Source: Lama guanicoe
Taxonomy: Eukaryota
Assembly: GCA_013239625.1 (NCBI GenBank)
Contig: MU053561.1
Coordinates: 1,969,818 to 2,033,817, forward strand
Direction of reading: 5' to 3'
Length of the DNA: 64,000 nucleotides
The notes under the pieces were generated by a model. The model was given only the letters and a program-made list of their open reading frames with translations, was not told where the DNA came from and did no database searches. How positions within the stretch are numbered: position 1 is the stretch's first letter; each line of letters opens with the position of its first letter. The position numbers and the translations under genes were made by a program. Shown piece by piece: positions 24,228 through 37,753 of the stretch.

Positions 24228-25799
24228 ATCTCTAGGATAAAACCCAGCACCTCAATTGCCTTATTATGAGCCAACTACCTTCCTGTCCAGCCTCATCTTG
24301 ACTCTTTCTTTCCTTTCTCTCATCTCCCAAGACATACTATTTCTTCATAGATCCAGAAAAGTCCCAAATGCTCCCCCTTTTCATTTTATTTATTTCTTTT
24401 TTTCACATGCTGCTCCCTCTAGCTTGAATGCCCTTCTCTCATTCTGCTTGGCTAATTCATTCAGTCCAACAGGACACAGCTCAGGCAGACCCTTCTCCAC
24501 GGAGTCTTTCCTGACTCTCGCCCCGTGCCCCTCCTCATCTCCCAACAACTCCTGTAGGTTCAGTGCAGGTGGAGCCTCCTCAAGCATTGCTGATTTTCTT
24601 GTTGGGTTCTCCCAACAGTCTGTGAGAATCTTCAGGGAGGACGCTGTGGCTCATTCACCTTTCTACCTCCATCCATTCATTTGACGGCGGGCGTGGAAGA
24701 AATCTAGTAAATGATTGTTGAATTATGAATCTATAAAAGAGGCATAAGAATTGACTGGGAAATTTATCTGTATGTGTGTCTTAGCCAGAAACTTAGATTG
24801 TGGCTTCTGTTCAGGACTCAGCTTTCTTTCTTCATTTCTGTAAGATGCACTGGTTTGAGTGTGGTTGTATTAGACAAACGGTGAGCCTTCCCCCTTGGCC
24901 TGATGGACCCTTTAGAGATGGAAAAAGGTATGTGGATAAATAATACTCCCTCCAGGGTGGAAATATATGGTAGGTATTGACCAGAAGAGATGGATTTTGT
25001 GAGTATATTTTTCTGGGTCACAATAAGAGTTGGGTCACAATAAAATCCGAGGGAAAAATTTTTTTTCTGAGAATAACTTTTATTTTCTTGGAAAACACAA
25101 GGAGAAATACGGGAACCCCCTTTTCTCTCCTGTATTTTTCCATTTTTCCCCTGGCTTTCTTGTCTCCAAATATACCAGATGTGATAATTTTTGAAGCAAA
25201 CTGAGTTATGTTTTATGGCCCCTAAATTAATAAAATGGCTTTAGATCAACAATGACATCCAAAAAGTACTTGAAGGCACAGTCATTTTTCCAAAAATTTG
25301 TTTTTTATTTTGAGAGGGTTTTTTTTGGGGGGGGTGGTCTGTAGCGTTTATATTTCCAGAAACGTTACTTCTCCAGATAAATAATTCTACTTCCAGAATT
25401 AGGGAAAGGATCCCAACCGCAGCTCAGTTCAGAGTGCTGGGTCTCCGTTTGCCAGGACCTCCCAGGGGAAACGAAGGAGACTCCTTGAGGTGCTTCTCTG
25501 CCAGTGGCCAGAGAGACACCTGGGAGGCTTCCAGAAGGCAAGCCTGGCCTGGGGAGCAGCCCCGAAGCAAGGGCTGCTGGGTGTCATCCCACCGTCTGAC
25601 TGGTAGCACCAAAGGGAGGGAGTTCCTGCATGAGATGGGTTTGTAGACCTTGCCCTCATTCTCCTCTGAGAAATGGGCTTGGTAGGAGTGGTCTGTCGGT
25701 TAATGTTCAGGCTTTGCCCTCCAGATCTTTTGTTCCCACATCTCCTGTGGACAGATCTGCTCTCCTTCTCTGTGTGGCACAAAGCTGTGATGACGAGGA

Positions 25800-26005
25800 A
25801 GCCTGGAATATGGGAAGATCATGGTGCTGGATTTCTGGCCTGAGCCATGTTCCACATGTCGGATCCAGGGAAAGTCTTCTACCTTCTCAACCGTTGATCC
25901 TTCTTCTGTAAAATAGGTGTAATTGTTTAGACCTCAGGAGGCCAAAGGTTAAATGAGATCATATATGGAAAAGTTTTCAAAGTTCCTGGCACATACCAGA
26001 TACTT
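25800..26005 (+). mobile_element. MIR
   Basis: ccttcttctgtaaaatagg...aggttaaatgagatcatatatggaaaag...gttcctggcacata. Confidence 0.65.
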
Positions 26006-26249
26006 TAAGACAGTCCTGGGTGAGGGATGCAGGGGTCTGAGCAGTTAGGCAGAGGCTGTATATAGTTGGGAAGCTCTGCCTCTCACTAGAAAGCACTAAT
26101 CTGCCAAAGAGGTCAAGGATGATGGACTCAGCCTCAGACCCCCTTCTTCCCAGAGACTCCCCCAAAGCCTAGGACTAAACTTTTTATCCAGAAGCTCTTG
26201 TGGCCCAGCTAGAAGCCAGGAATTAGCCAGATCCTGAGGACCACTGGAC

Positions 26250-28160
26250 AGCTCTGGATTTAGTCCAGCCTGAAGGCTTGCTCCTCAGGACTCTCTCCTC
26301 AGTCATCAGATCTCTCCTACATTTCATGCTCCTGGGAAGATCTCATCTGCCCCCTAGACCTCCAATGCTCCCTATTATCTAGTCCTCCCAAATCAGATCT
26401 CCAATCTGTCCTCTCTTCTAAGTTGGAGCCAGATAAACCCCCTATTGCTGGAAAGCTTCACTGTGCCATGGGTACTGGGGCACTCCAAACTCACATCCAA
26501 AACTTCATACATGTTCTTCTTCCTCTAAGGTGATTCTTCCTCATATGGTCCCAGGATAAGTCAATGAGCTCATCCTTCACCCTCTTGTGGAGTTGCCCTA
26601 AGCCTCCTCCCTTTCTGGTCCCCCTCCATATCTAGTCAATCACAGAGTCATTAATTCAACACATATTTATTGAGTGCTTGCCCTGGCTAGAGCACTATTC
26701 TGCATGCTGGATGCAAAGTAGTGCACAAAATAAATGTGTTTTCTATCATCTATGGGGAGACAGACATTAAACAAACATACAGATGAATACATACTGATAA
26801 ATTCTGGTAAGTGTTACAAAAGAAAAGCATAGGGTGTTTTAAGCAATCTAACATACGAGGACTGAATTTAGATTGGAAGGTCAAGGAATGTGTAGTAGTT
26901 GGGAATCTTTCAGTTACGAATAAAAGAAACCCAATACGAAGTAGTTTAAGCAAAAAGGAGAAATTGAGAAGACATCAGGGTAGATCAGAAGACGCCTTTG
27001 AGGAAGTGCTATTGAAAGTGGTATGAGATCTAGAAGATAAATAAGCTATAGCCATGTAATATATGACAAGAACATTCTAAATAAAGGAGACAGAACTCAG
27101 TTGTTCATTTAAGTAGCAAATACGTATTGACCATTAACGCTTGGGTCTATAACTGAGAACAAGAAAGGCAGAGTCCCTGCCCTCTTGGAGCTTACAAAGT
27201 TGTTAGGCAGGAAAAACTGGGCCTCTGGGAGGACTACCAGAAGGTCCCAGTGGCGAGAGGACAGTGAGTGAGAGATGAGCAGCACAAGATAAAAGAGAGA
27301 GAGGAAAGAAGACGTCATGTTGTGCAGATCCTTCAAGGCCTTCCTTAGTCTTGGATTTTTTCATAGTGCAATGAGAGGTCACCGAAGGGACACCAAGCAA
27401 TAACATGATCCGGTTTATATTTATAAATATCACTTTAACTGCTTTGTCAAAGGGATTGTAGAGGAATGAAAGTTTAAGGACACCCGTCAGAAGACTATTG
27501 CTGTAGGGCAGACAGGAAAAGATGATAGTTTAGACTGAAAGGACATGAAGAGGAAAGGGAATATGAGATACATCTAGAAGGGAGAATAAGTCATAGCTGG
27601 TAAGAGACTGGATTTGGGAGATGAAAGAGAGGGAGGAGATAAGATGACACCCAGATGTCTGTTTTGAGCAACTGAGTGGTTGAAGGTGCCCTTACTGAGA
27701 TGGGGAGACTACAAGAGGATTACATTAGAGCAGGGAAGGTAGAGTTTTGTCTTGAACATGTTGCGTTTGAGATGTCTATGTGACATCTAAGTGTACTGTC
27801 AAGTTGGCAGGTGTGTGTGTATGTGTGTATCAAACAGATGTCATTTAGAGACATGAAATGGATGACATTAATGAAGAAGCGTGTAGAGTGAAAGGAAAGA
27901 CACAGATTGGAGCCCAGGAGAGCTTCAGCATTTAGAGGACAGATAGATTTTAAGAAAGGAATACCTGAGAAGAAGCAGTCAGAGATACAAAAGGAGAGGG
28001 TGGTCCTGGAGAGCCAAAAGAAGAGAATGTTCCAAGAACAGGCATGATCAATGATGCCAGTGCAGCTGGGGTTAAACAAACTATCATTTAAAAATGTCTT
28101 TTGAATTTAGCCATATAGAGGCCATTGGTGGCCTTAGCAAGATCAGTTTCAGTGGAATGA
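26250..28160. mobile_element. L2 fragments (plus ~26250-26645; minus ~26650-28160)
   Basis: attcaacacatatttattgagtgctt; gatgacacccagatgtctgttttgagcaactgagtgg; gagttttgtcttgaacatgttgcgtttgagatgtct; ccttagcaagatcagtttcagtgga. Confidence 0.75.
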
Positions 28161-28179
28161 AGTGTAGAGGTAGGAGAGA

Positions 28180-28690
28180 ATGAATAGGACCCTTTAAAAG
28201 CAGGAATAGGATAAAGATACCTGTTCACACTGTATCAGTTTACTATTATATCAGCGATCATAGCCAGTGAAACAATACAAAAAATAAATAGAAAGTATAA
28301 GACTTTTAAAGGGAAAAAACAAACTGGTCATTATTTGCAGACGACACGATTGTCTACATAGAAAATTGAAAGTAACTTACTTATTACGGGAATGAAGAAA
28401 AATTAGCAAGGTAGCCGGATATAAGATCAATATACAAGAGTCTATCACATTTTTCTACCCAGCCCAAATAGGGAATAATAATTTTTGAGTTAATATCTGT
28501 CATAGCAATAACAACAGCCCCAAGCAGATGGTATCCAGATGGTATTAAGTTTTACTAAAAGACAATAAAGAAGATTCAAAGAGTGGGTAGATATATGTTA
28601 ATATATGTTATGTTAATAACAAAATATCAATATCAGAGAGATGTCAGTTTCCCTAAGGGATAACTTACTCCACCTAGAGAATAAAAAATA
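28180..28690 (+). mobile_element. Old L1 ORF2 RT fragment
   Basis: ttatttgcagacgacacgattgtctacatagaaaa is the LFADD RT motif; attagcaaggtagccggatataagatcaatatacaa. Confidence 0.75.
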
Positions 28691-29559
28691 AAATAAAATG
28701 GACGCAGTTGCAGGTATACATGTAGATCTGGTGATACACAACATATATTCCTTAAAACTCCTTGTGAGTACAACCAGCTTCATTTTTACAGTCTGTTCTT
28801 GCTGTTTAGAATCTTCTTCCACTTTATATATTTGACAAACTTCTTTCAAAACCCTGGGCCGACCTGACCACCCTCACTATTCCTAGCCTTCAAAAACAGC
28901 ATCGTTCATTCTCTCTTATGAACTGCTTCTGAACTTTGTGCTTCCTTCAATTATTTCTTGGGACACAACGCATTCTGATTATGTGTTTATATATCTTTTG
29001 AACACTCCAAGTTCTCCAAGTTCACCTGAGCCCCTGGGCAGGAGCCCAAGCAGATCATTTACTCTCCGGCTGTTCTTCCCCTACTGTCCCGATGTGGCCC
29101 CTGGGAGACTCCGGAAATAGACTGAGGATCTGAGGGTCTGAATGCTGGGCACCCTGGCATAGGAGCACTCCCAGGGTAGAAGACACAGGATCTCCTGTTC
29201 CAAAACCAGGTGCTTCAATGCTTTTTTTTTTTACCAGACTGTGCAGAGAATGACCATCTTCTTCCCAAAGTCCCCTGGCCTTCACAGAGGATTCCTTTCT
29301 GAAAGGAGTGACTAGAACATATTTCTCAGATTGTTAACTACGTACAGGAGTTTGAGTCTGGCAGAGAACTTAGAACTAGAGGCCCAGGAATTGCTGTCAA
29401 GTTAGCATAAATCAGGAATGCAGGAAAGCAATCTCTGAGCTAGCAGCCTTAAGCAATGAGGGATTATGATTTATCTGACAAAAAATTTAATTTCGGGCTT
29501 AATTTTCAGCAAACCCATGAACTTTATCAAGGCAGAGGCATATGTATTCCCTCTAGAGT

Positions 29560-30160
29560 TTTTTCTTCCTCCAGTTTTATTGAGATATAATTTACATACA
29601 GCACCATCTATATTTGAGGTGTACAGTATAATTATTTGACTTACAAACATGATTACCAAATAAGTTTACCAAACATCTATCATCTCCTATAGATATGAAA
29701 TTAAAAAAATAAAAAAATGTTTTCCTTGCGATGAGAACTCTGAGGACTGACTCTCTTAACAACTTTCATATATAACGTAAAGCAGCGTTAACTGTATGTC
29801 TCATGTTGTACATTACATCCCTAGTACTCATTTATCTTATAACTGGAAGTTTGTACCCTTTTACTACATTTATCCAATTCCTCCTCCCCCATCCTCACTT
29901 TGGTAACCACAAATCTCGTCTCTTTTTCTATGAGTTTGTTTGCTTTTTTTATTTCTTTGCATTTGAACTATAATTGACCTGCAACACTCTGTTAGTTCCT
30001 GGTACATGACATAGTGATTTGATGTTTCTATACATTTCAAAATGATCGCCATGAAAAGTCTAGCTATGATATGTCACCATACAAAAAGATTACATCATTC
30101 CTGGCTATATTCCCCACACTGTACATTTCCTACCCATGACTCATTTATTTCATAACATGG
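29560..30160 (-). mobile_element. L1 3' UTR fragment
   Basis: cagttttattgagatataattt...gatgagaactctgagga...tttggtaaccacaaatct...gtcaccatacaaa. Confidence 0.8.
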
Positions 30161-31139
30161 TATATGTATGTGTGTGTATATATACACACACACATACACA
30201 CACACAATGGAATATTACTCAGCTCTGTAGAGTTTTTGTAGCATAAATTCTGTATTTACATAACAACCCAGACTACCACATTGGAGGGCAGTTTGTAATT
30301 TCCTTGAGGACAGGGACATTATTTGAAAAATTATGCATTTATACAGAGCTTGACACATAATAGAACTCACTAAGAACCAGTTTATGGATGAAGGAGTGAA
30401 GCAGAAGATACATATAAGGTTAAAAACCTAATGTTTAAGTAAGTGGGGAGAGGGTTATTCTCCCAGGCATTTCCAATGGCATTTTCTGGTATCACTTTCT
30501 TAAACATAATGGAAATCTAAATTTATAATGAGCGTTTTGCCTTAGAAGGATCCTGATGAGACTCTCTGCACTGGTTCCAAGGGCTGGGAGACAATTGATG
30601 ATGAGATGCTGAGCAGAATTGCTCTCCAAAGGGATAACAAGATCTGTGTTTATAAATCAAATAATCCTTAAACATCCACATGTGCCAGGTTATTGTCCAG
30701 CGCACTGGAGGTGAGCCATAGATAAGTCTTCAAAGCAGCCTACATTCTGATTGTAGAAATAAATATGCACAAAAATAAAACCAGAAAGGGATAGAAGAGG
30801 AAGTTAGAAATGCTGACTGAGAGCAGAGCCTGTAACTCCCAGGCCTGGGTTTCCAAAATGGCCCCATACTATCTTTGGAAATATTGAAGAAGGGCCTAAC
30901 TGGAGGGGAAAAAACCAGAACAGACGGAGGCACCACAGATTTGTTTTATTTTTCTTGTTGTTATTGTTGTTGGTATTGCTAAATTTTTATCAAATACATG
31001 GATGTGGCTAAAATAGCAAGGAGAGGTTCATAATGATGTGAAAAGCAACGTGCTTCCCACCTCTATTGACACTTCCTAGGAAAAACTACTTTAACTCTTG
31101 TAGCTCTTTATTTTGGCTATAGAATCTGCTTCTACCACT

Positions 31140-31381
31140 ATTTCTTTTGTGTCCTTTTTTTCGTATTCCACAAATAAGTGATATCATATGATATTTTTCT
31201 TTCTCTTTCTGGCTTACTTCATTTAGAATGATAATCTCCAGGTCCATCCATGTTGCTGCAAATGGCATTATTTATTCTTTTTTATGGCTGAGCAGTATTC
31301 CATTGTATAAATATACCACAAGTTCTTTACCCAGTCATTTGTTGATGTACATTCAGGTTGTTTCTATGTCTTGGCTGTTAT
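31140..31381 (-). mobile_element. Short L1 ORF2-end fragment lacking the 3' UTR, with TSD
   Basis: Translates [34 protein letters not shown]; perfect 13-bp TSD tgcttctaccact at 31127-31139 and 31382-31394. Confidence 0.85.
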
Positions 31382-31529
31382 TGCTTCTACCACTGTTTCT
31401 TAATTTATAAGTTCAGAATGGAATCCATTGATGTTCTGCTTTCCTAAATGAGGATTTAAATCCAAAAAATTAACTGAAGACTTAAATTATCTAAATCTAA
31501 GAGATCTAAAAGATCTAGATGATCTAAAT

Positions 31530-32510
31530 CTTAAAGATCTAAATCTAAACCTAAAACTATGAAACTTACAAAAGAAAATACAGAAGAAAACTTGACATTG
31601 GATTTCGCAGATACAACGCCGAAGCAAGTCCAAGTGGTTAACTGACTTCATCAAAATGAAGAACTTCTACTCTTCAAAAGACACTACTAAAAGAATAAAA
31701 ATATAAGCCACAGACTTGGAGAAAATGTTTGGAAATCACAAAGATGACAAAGGACTTGTACTGAGATATATAAAGAACTCTAAAATTCAGTATCAGAGAG
31801 CAAACAACCAAATTTTAAAAAAATAAGCCAAGGATCTGAACAGACACTTTATCAAATAAAGATAGATGGATGGCAAATAAGCACAGTAAAAGATACTCAG
31901 CAACACTAGTCATGAGGAAAAAGTAAATTAAAACCACCATGAGATACCATTTTGGAAAACACTTTGGTAGTTTATTAAAGAACTAGATATACACCTATCT
32001 TCTCATCCCACCATTCCACTCCCAGGTATTTGCCCTAAAGAAAGTCCATACAAAGGTTTGTATGTGAATGTTCATAGCAGCTTTATTTGTAATAACCTGT
32101 AATAACCCCAAACTGTAAACAAATTTGGTATATTCCTAAAATGGAATACTCTTCAGCAACACAAAGGAATGGATTATTGACACATTCAATGTGGATAAAT
32201 CTTTAAATAATTATGCTGAGTGAAAGAAACCAGACAGAAAAGAGTACATAATGTGTGATTACATTCATAGAAAATTCTAGAAATGCAAAATAATCACTAG
32301 TGACAGAAAGCAGATCAGTGTTTTGGGGGGATGGGTGGGGTAGGGTAAAGAGGGAGGGATCACAAAGGATCACAAGGACATTTGTTGGGGAGACAGACAT
32401 GTTCATCATCTTGACTGTGGTGATAGTTTAATGGGCACATAGATATGTTAGAACTCATCAAATATATGCACTTTCTTGTTTATTATGCCTTAACAAGCTA
32501 TTCAAATGGT
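31530..32510 (+). mobile_element. Old L1 (L1MC/ME-type) ORF2 end and 3' UTR
   Basis: aagaacttctactcttcaaaagacac; ccattccactcccaggtattt; gaaattctagaaatgcaaaataatcactagtgacagaaagcagatcagtg. Confidence 0.8.
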
Positions 32511-32805
32511 ATATATAAAATATATGCTATATGTATAATTTCATAGTCTATATTTCAAATAATATAATATATAAAATACATAGATTTAGAATCTTTTTAA
32601 ATATAGGGAACAAAGAAGAGAACCAAAATATCACCAACAAACTCCCAGCCTCTGCTGACACAGACGTTTATAGAGAAGAGTAATATAAATCGGGAACAGC
32701 ACAGATTGAAAGATGAGAGTAGAGTGCTGCTCCATACACTGTCCCTTCTCCCTCTTGCAGTCTCTTCCGCAAATGCCCACACTATGAACACTCATGTTGG
32801 GCTAC

Positions 32806-33052
32806 TGATACAAGAAACAGTAGGGGGCATGAGAGGATGGTTGTGTCCCAGGTCTTGGCTGAGTCCCTGGGATGTGTGCCACCAGGTGAGGGTCCTTGGC
32901 TTTGTGCAGGAAAGAATTCAAGAGCGAGCCATAGTTGAGTAAAAGTAGATTTATTTAGAGAGATGTACGCTGGGGTGGGGGGTGGAGTTGGGGGAGGTGG
33001 TTAAAGTAAAGGTAGATACATGCTCCATTGACAGATTGCAGGCCTTCTTGGA

Positions 33053-33088
<36 letters not shown>

Positions 33089-33403
33089 ATGAGGCGAGGT
33101 GCTGCTAATTTTTATATGCTAACAAGTGAGAGGATTATTCCAACTGCTTTGGGGAAGAAGTGGGGAGTCCCTGGACCTGGGCCACCACCCTCTCTTCGAC
33201 CTTTCATGGTCAGCTTCAGAACTGTCACTCACCATGCTAGTACATTGCAACGTGTATAATGTAACTCAAGGTCCACTGGAGGTCGAATCTCCCGCCATCT
33301 TGGACCTCCAGGTCTATTGAGAGTTGACTTTTCCGCTGTCTTGGTGCTAACTGCTGTGTCATTCCTTTAATGGCTGTGTCCTGCCTCCTTCCTTCCCGTC
33401 CCA
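32806..33403 (-). mobile_element. ERV1-class solo LTR (MER4/MER41-group-like) containing a (GA)n microsatellite at ~33057-33085
   Basis: TG...CA ends with a 4-bp TSD ctac/ctat; gaaagaattcaagagcgagccatag...gatttatt (reversed AATAAA). Confidence 0.7.
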
Positions 33404-34964
33404 CTATGGTATGATTTTTAATGCCTTCATTTACTGCTGGGAAATTTTATCAAACAAAAACATGCCAAACATCCTTGGGTAGCTTTTTCAAGAGAACTGA
33501 GCAATCCAAATCTTGTCCAAACCCAAATATTCTAAATGGCCCAATAAAAATGATCAAAGTGAAGATGATTATAGTTTACATATTCATTTTAAGTCAAATG
33601 TATACAGAATTATACTCTGTCTTTCAGTGTCATAGCTAAATAATTTTATAGGATGTCCAGCATTCTATGCTCCACCCTCGGCAAAGACAGAATATTTCCA
33701 CCCATATTATAGATCTCAAAGCAGAGTTTCATTATCTTTGGAACTCAAAGATGTTACATTACCCAGACAGGTTTAGGCTGAAAGCAGGATGGGAAAAGGA
33801 AGAAGGAATCTTGAGCCAGTGTGAGGTTGGAGCCTAAACTTGGAACAGGGTCATCCTCTAAGAAGGAAACAGGAAAATCCAGAAAACGTCCCCTGTGCTC
33901 GCTGTGGCAGTGGTTCATTCAGGGGGACAAACCAGAGGCTCAGGTATCTGGCAGCAGTAGAACCCCAAGGTGAACGAAAGGAGGCGACCTCCTTCCTTGA
34001 TTGATTTCTGTGTGCTGAACGTCTTGCTAGGGACTTTAGGGGAAGCCTGGGGTGGCCGTTATTCATGCTTTTATTCATGGGGACACGAGGCTCCAAGGCA
34101 AGGAGTTAAATTTGAACAACTCAGGTCCACAGATTCCAGCACACAAGCCTTGCTCCAGAGGTGCCAGTCGGGGTCTGGCTGGCTGCAAAGGGGGAGAGGC
34201 AGAGAGATAAAGGGGTCCTGTGCTCATGACAGAGCTGGCCCCACTGGATGTATATGTAGGAGACATAATAGTGAACAGAGTTCATGACCGTAAACCCAGG
34301 TGCTGTCAGGCCTGGCCCAGTGGGTCTGTTTTGGGGAAGCTGGGAAAAGAACCAGGCCGAGCAGCGATGAACAGGATTTGTCCGTCGCGTAACAGAGCTG
34401 GGATCCTGGACCCAGCCTCCTCTCCCTGGCCTGGAACACACAACCTAAGAGCGCACACTAAGTAGACAGGAGAGAGCAACTCATCACTGCAGACCTACTT
34501 ACGTAAGGAGTGGCTCGTCTCAGCCATGATTTTTTTCTTTCCCTTATCAATGATTTGTTTGTTGCCCTATTCTTGGCAAGCCCATTTTTTCTTGTGGGAA
34601 ACTTGAGCACTTTTGTCACAGGTCAGTGGCTTCCAGGAACACTTTGAGCCCCAGGGCAGGGCCTGCTTTTACCTGTCCCTTGGGCCTTCTGTTGGGTGGG
34701 ACCATAGAGGTTTGGTTTCTGCAACCTCCTTACACTTCAGCATTCATCTGAGCTCTTTCTGTCCCTAGAGAACAGAACATTCTCCCCATTTCAGGGGGAG
34801 GAGGCACCCAGGCCACAGGGAAGCAGCAGAATCATCCTTCTCCGCATGGTCAGCCCACTGCAGGTTTTACCAATGGCCCTTCTGTGTACGCGTGTCACCT
34901 CTTGTGCCTGCCTCCATCTATCTCATCTTTGTTCAGCACCTGGATGACCTTTCTGTCCTTGGCC

Positions 34965-35455
34965 TTTGTGTTCAAGGCCTGGCAGGAATGAATGGCGCCC
35001 TCAAAAGAGACTGATAAGAATTCAATGAACGGGTTATTTACAAAGGTCTGGGCAGGCCACAGGAAATACCTCAGGACCAGAAGCAGGAGGGGATCTTACC
35101 ACCCTAATGCTGGGGGAGGGGGTGCGAGAAGAGGGAAGGGTGTCATCTGAGCCCATGAGAGCTGGAGCCAGGGATATGGGGCTGCCTAATGGGAGCTGTG
35201 ACTGTCGGGGCATCGCCTGGCTCGCAGCAGAGCTGGGGGTTGTGGGCGGGTGGGGGTGGGGGTGGTCCTTAGATGCTCTGTCCTCCCCTTCTGTTCCCAC
35301 CACTGCTGGTGCCTCCCACTGGCTGAGCCCCAAGCAAAGCCAGAGAACAAATGAACCAGGAATTGCAGTCCATTGAGATGAGCATCCCAGGGCACCCAGC
35401 AGGGCAGGAAAGGGTGAGAAGGGGTCTGAAAGGGAGTGGCAAGGAAGCCACACAA
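34965..35455 (-). mobile_element. ERVL LTR (LTR33-like)
   Basis: gggttatttacaaagg...cctcccactggctgagccccaagcaaagccagag...gcagtccat...cccagggcacccagcagggcagg. Confidence 0.6.
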
Positions 35456-35799
35456 CCTTCACATCAGCTCTGTGAGGTGAAGGCAGCAGGCAGTATCCCC
35501 ATTTTCCGGATGAGAAAAACTAAAGCTGAGACAGGAGTTTACAGAACCCATGGCAGGGGCATCAGATCTGTATCCCCGGTCTCTGACTCCCAAATCTAGT
35601 GATCTGGGGTTTTCCGTCATCCAGGCCCAAGCTCCCTACCCCAGCAGTCCACCCAGCCCAGGTCTCCACTCGAGCCCTCTGGGTCCCCACTGTTTGTCCC
35701 TTCCCCAACTTAGTCATTCAACACACCCTTACTGAGCACCTGCCAGCTGTGGGCTCTGGGGTTACAAAGCCAGTCTGAGGTGTGTATCATACCACTTAG

Positions 35800-36220
35800 G
35801 ACTATTTTGTGCCTTATTTTCTGCCCTGAAGACTCGCACATCTTCTCCCCAGCTCTTCCTCATCCCATTCTCAGCTGCTGACCTCGCTTCATGTTTTATA
35901 GAGCAAATGGAAGTCTCTGTCCTCTCTCCACCACCAAGTTTTCCATCTTCTCAGGTCAGCACATTCTCCCTCCTCTTCGCGTTAGAACTGAAGATGTGTC
36001 TCTTCTGCATATGAGACCAGTCTCACCACCTGGGCTGCAGATCCCATCCCCTTTCATCTTGGAGAGTATTCATTACACTCTCCTCTTCCTTCGCCATCAC
36101 TAATGTCTCTCTACTGAATCATTCCTGTTAGACTAACATGCCCTTGTATCTCTCCCACCTTGAAGTTCTTTCTTAGACCCATAGTTTCTCCAGCTGCTGC
36201 TCCATCCCTCTGCCCCTTTG
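35800..36220 (+). mobile_element. L2 internal fragment
   Basis: ctcagctgctgacctcgcttcatgttttatagagcaaatggaag...gcagatcccatcccct. Confidence 0.55.
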
Positions 36221-37377
36221 ATAACCATACTTCTTTGCCTGTTGGTTGGTTTGACCCCAGGATCAGAGGATGGGGTTCATCATATCTTCATTTCAGGTCC
36301 CCCTATAATCATGGGTCTGAGCAAGGCACTTCCCTGCTCCTAGACCATATGTTTACCTTCCTATAGTTTTAATATATTGTGATGACGGCCAAAAGTGCTA
36401 CTGACTTTTATAAGGTGATCTTTTTTCTGACAGCCTTGCTGAATTCTCTCATCAGTTTTAATGCTTATTGATTCTGTTGCTTTTTTTGTGTAGGAGATCA
36501 AGTTACCTACCAAGAGCAACAGTTTCTTTTCTTTTCCTGTTACTTCTTTTTCTTAACGTGTGGTGAGAGCCTCCAGTTCTATGTTGAATAATGATGATAG
36601 TGGGCATCTTGTCTTATTCCTGATCTTAAAGGAAATATACTTGAAGTTACTCAATCAGGTGTAGCATTAAACATTTTGTATTAAATACTCTATAGTATAT
36701 ATTTGGTATGATTAATATTAAGGTTTGGGTACATAAACGTCATCAAGTTAAGGAAATTCTTTTCTCTTTCTACCCTCTAAGAGTTTTAACATAAACAAGT
36801 GATGAGTTTTACCAAATATTTTTTTCCTGTATCACTGAGTTAATCAAATTATTTTCTCCTTTCATAATATGGAAAATTACACTGACAGAGTTTCCTAACA
36901 TTGAACCATTCTTGTATTATAAGATGCAAGATATTTGATAATTATTATGATTTTGATGTTCTTTTTTTCCAATACACTGCTGGATTTGTTCAACTAATAT
37001 TTTGTTTAGGATTTACACATCTATATTCAAGGTGAAATAGGCCCATATTTTTATTTTCTTGAACTATTCTTATCCAGTTTTGGAAACAAGATTACACAAG
37101 CCTCATGGGAAAACAGTTTTCATTCTTTTTCTATTGCTTAGAACTTGTCTAAGATAGGAATTATCTCTTCTGGGGAATTTGGTAAAATTCATATGAAAAA
37201 CCACTCAGCCCTGGGGATTTTTAGGAGAGCCCTTTGATTACCATTTCATTTCATTTAGTGCTTATCCGTCAATTCAAATTTCAGTTTCTCTCTTTATCAA
37301 TTTTTGTTTTATATTTTTCCAGAAATATTTTCAGATAGATTTAAAAATTTATTCGTGTAGAGTTTTCATAATGTGCT

Positions 37378-37753
37378 TGTTTTAGTTTGCTTGGGCTGCT
37401 CTAGAAAAATGCTGTAGACTGGGAGGCTTAAACCACAGATGTCTTCTCACAGCTCTGGAAGCTGGGAAGTCCAAGATCAAGGGGCAGCAGATTTGATTCC
37501 TGGTGAGGGCTCTCTTTCTGGCTTGTAGACAGCCACCTTCTCGCTGTGTGCTCACGTGGCCTTTCCTCAGTGTGTGCGCTGGGGGTGGGGGGTGGAGAGC
37601 AAGCTCTGGTGTCTTTTAACTCTTCTCACAAGGGCCCTAATCCCGTCATGAGATCCATCCTCATGGTCGCACCTAAACCTAATTACCTCTCAAAGACCCT
37701 GCTTCCAAATTCCATCATGTTCAGAATTAGGGCTTCGACATTCAGTCCATAAC
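37378..37753 (-). mobile_element. MaLR solo LTR (MLT1A/B-like)
   Basis: tagtttgcttgggctgct...ctctggaagctgggaagtccaagatcaag...ttcagtccataac; flanked on both sides by tgtgct. Confidence 0.85.
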
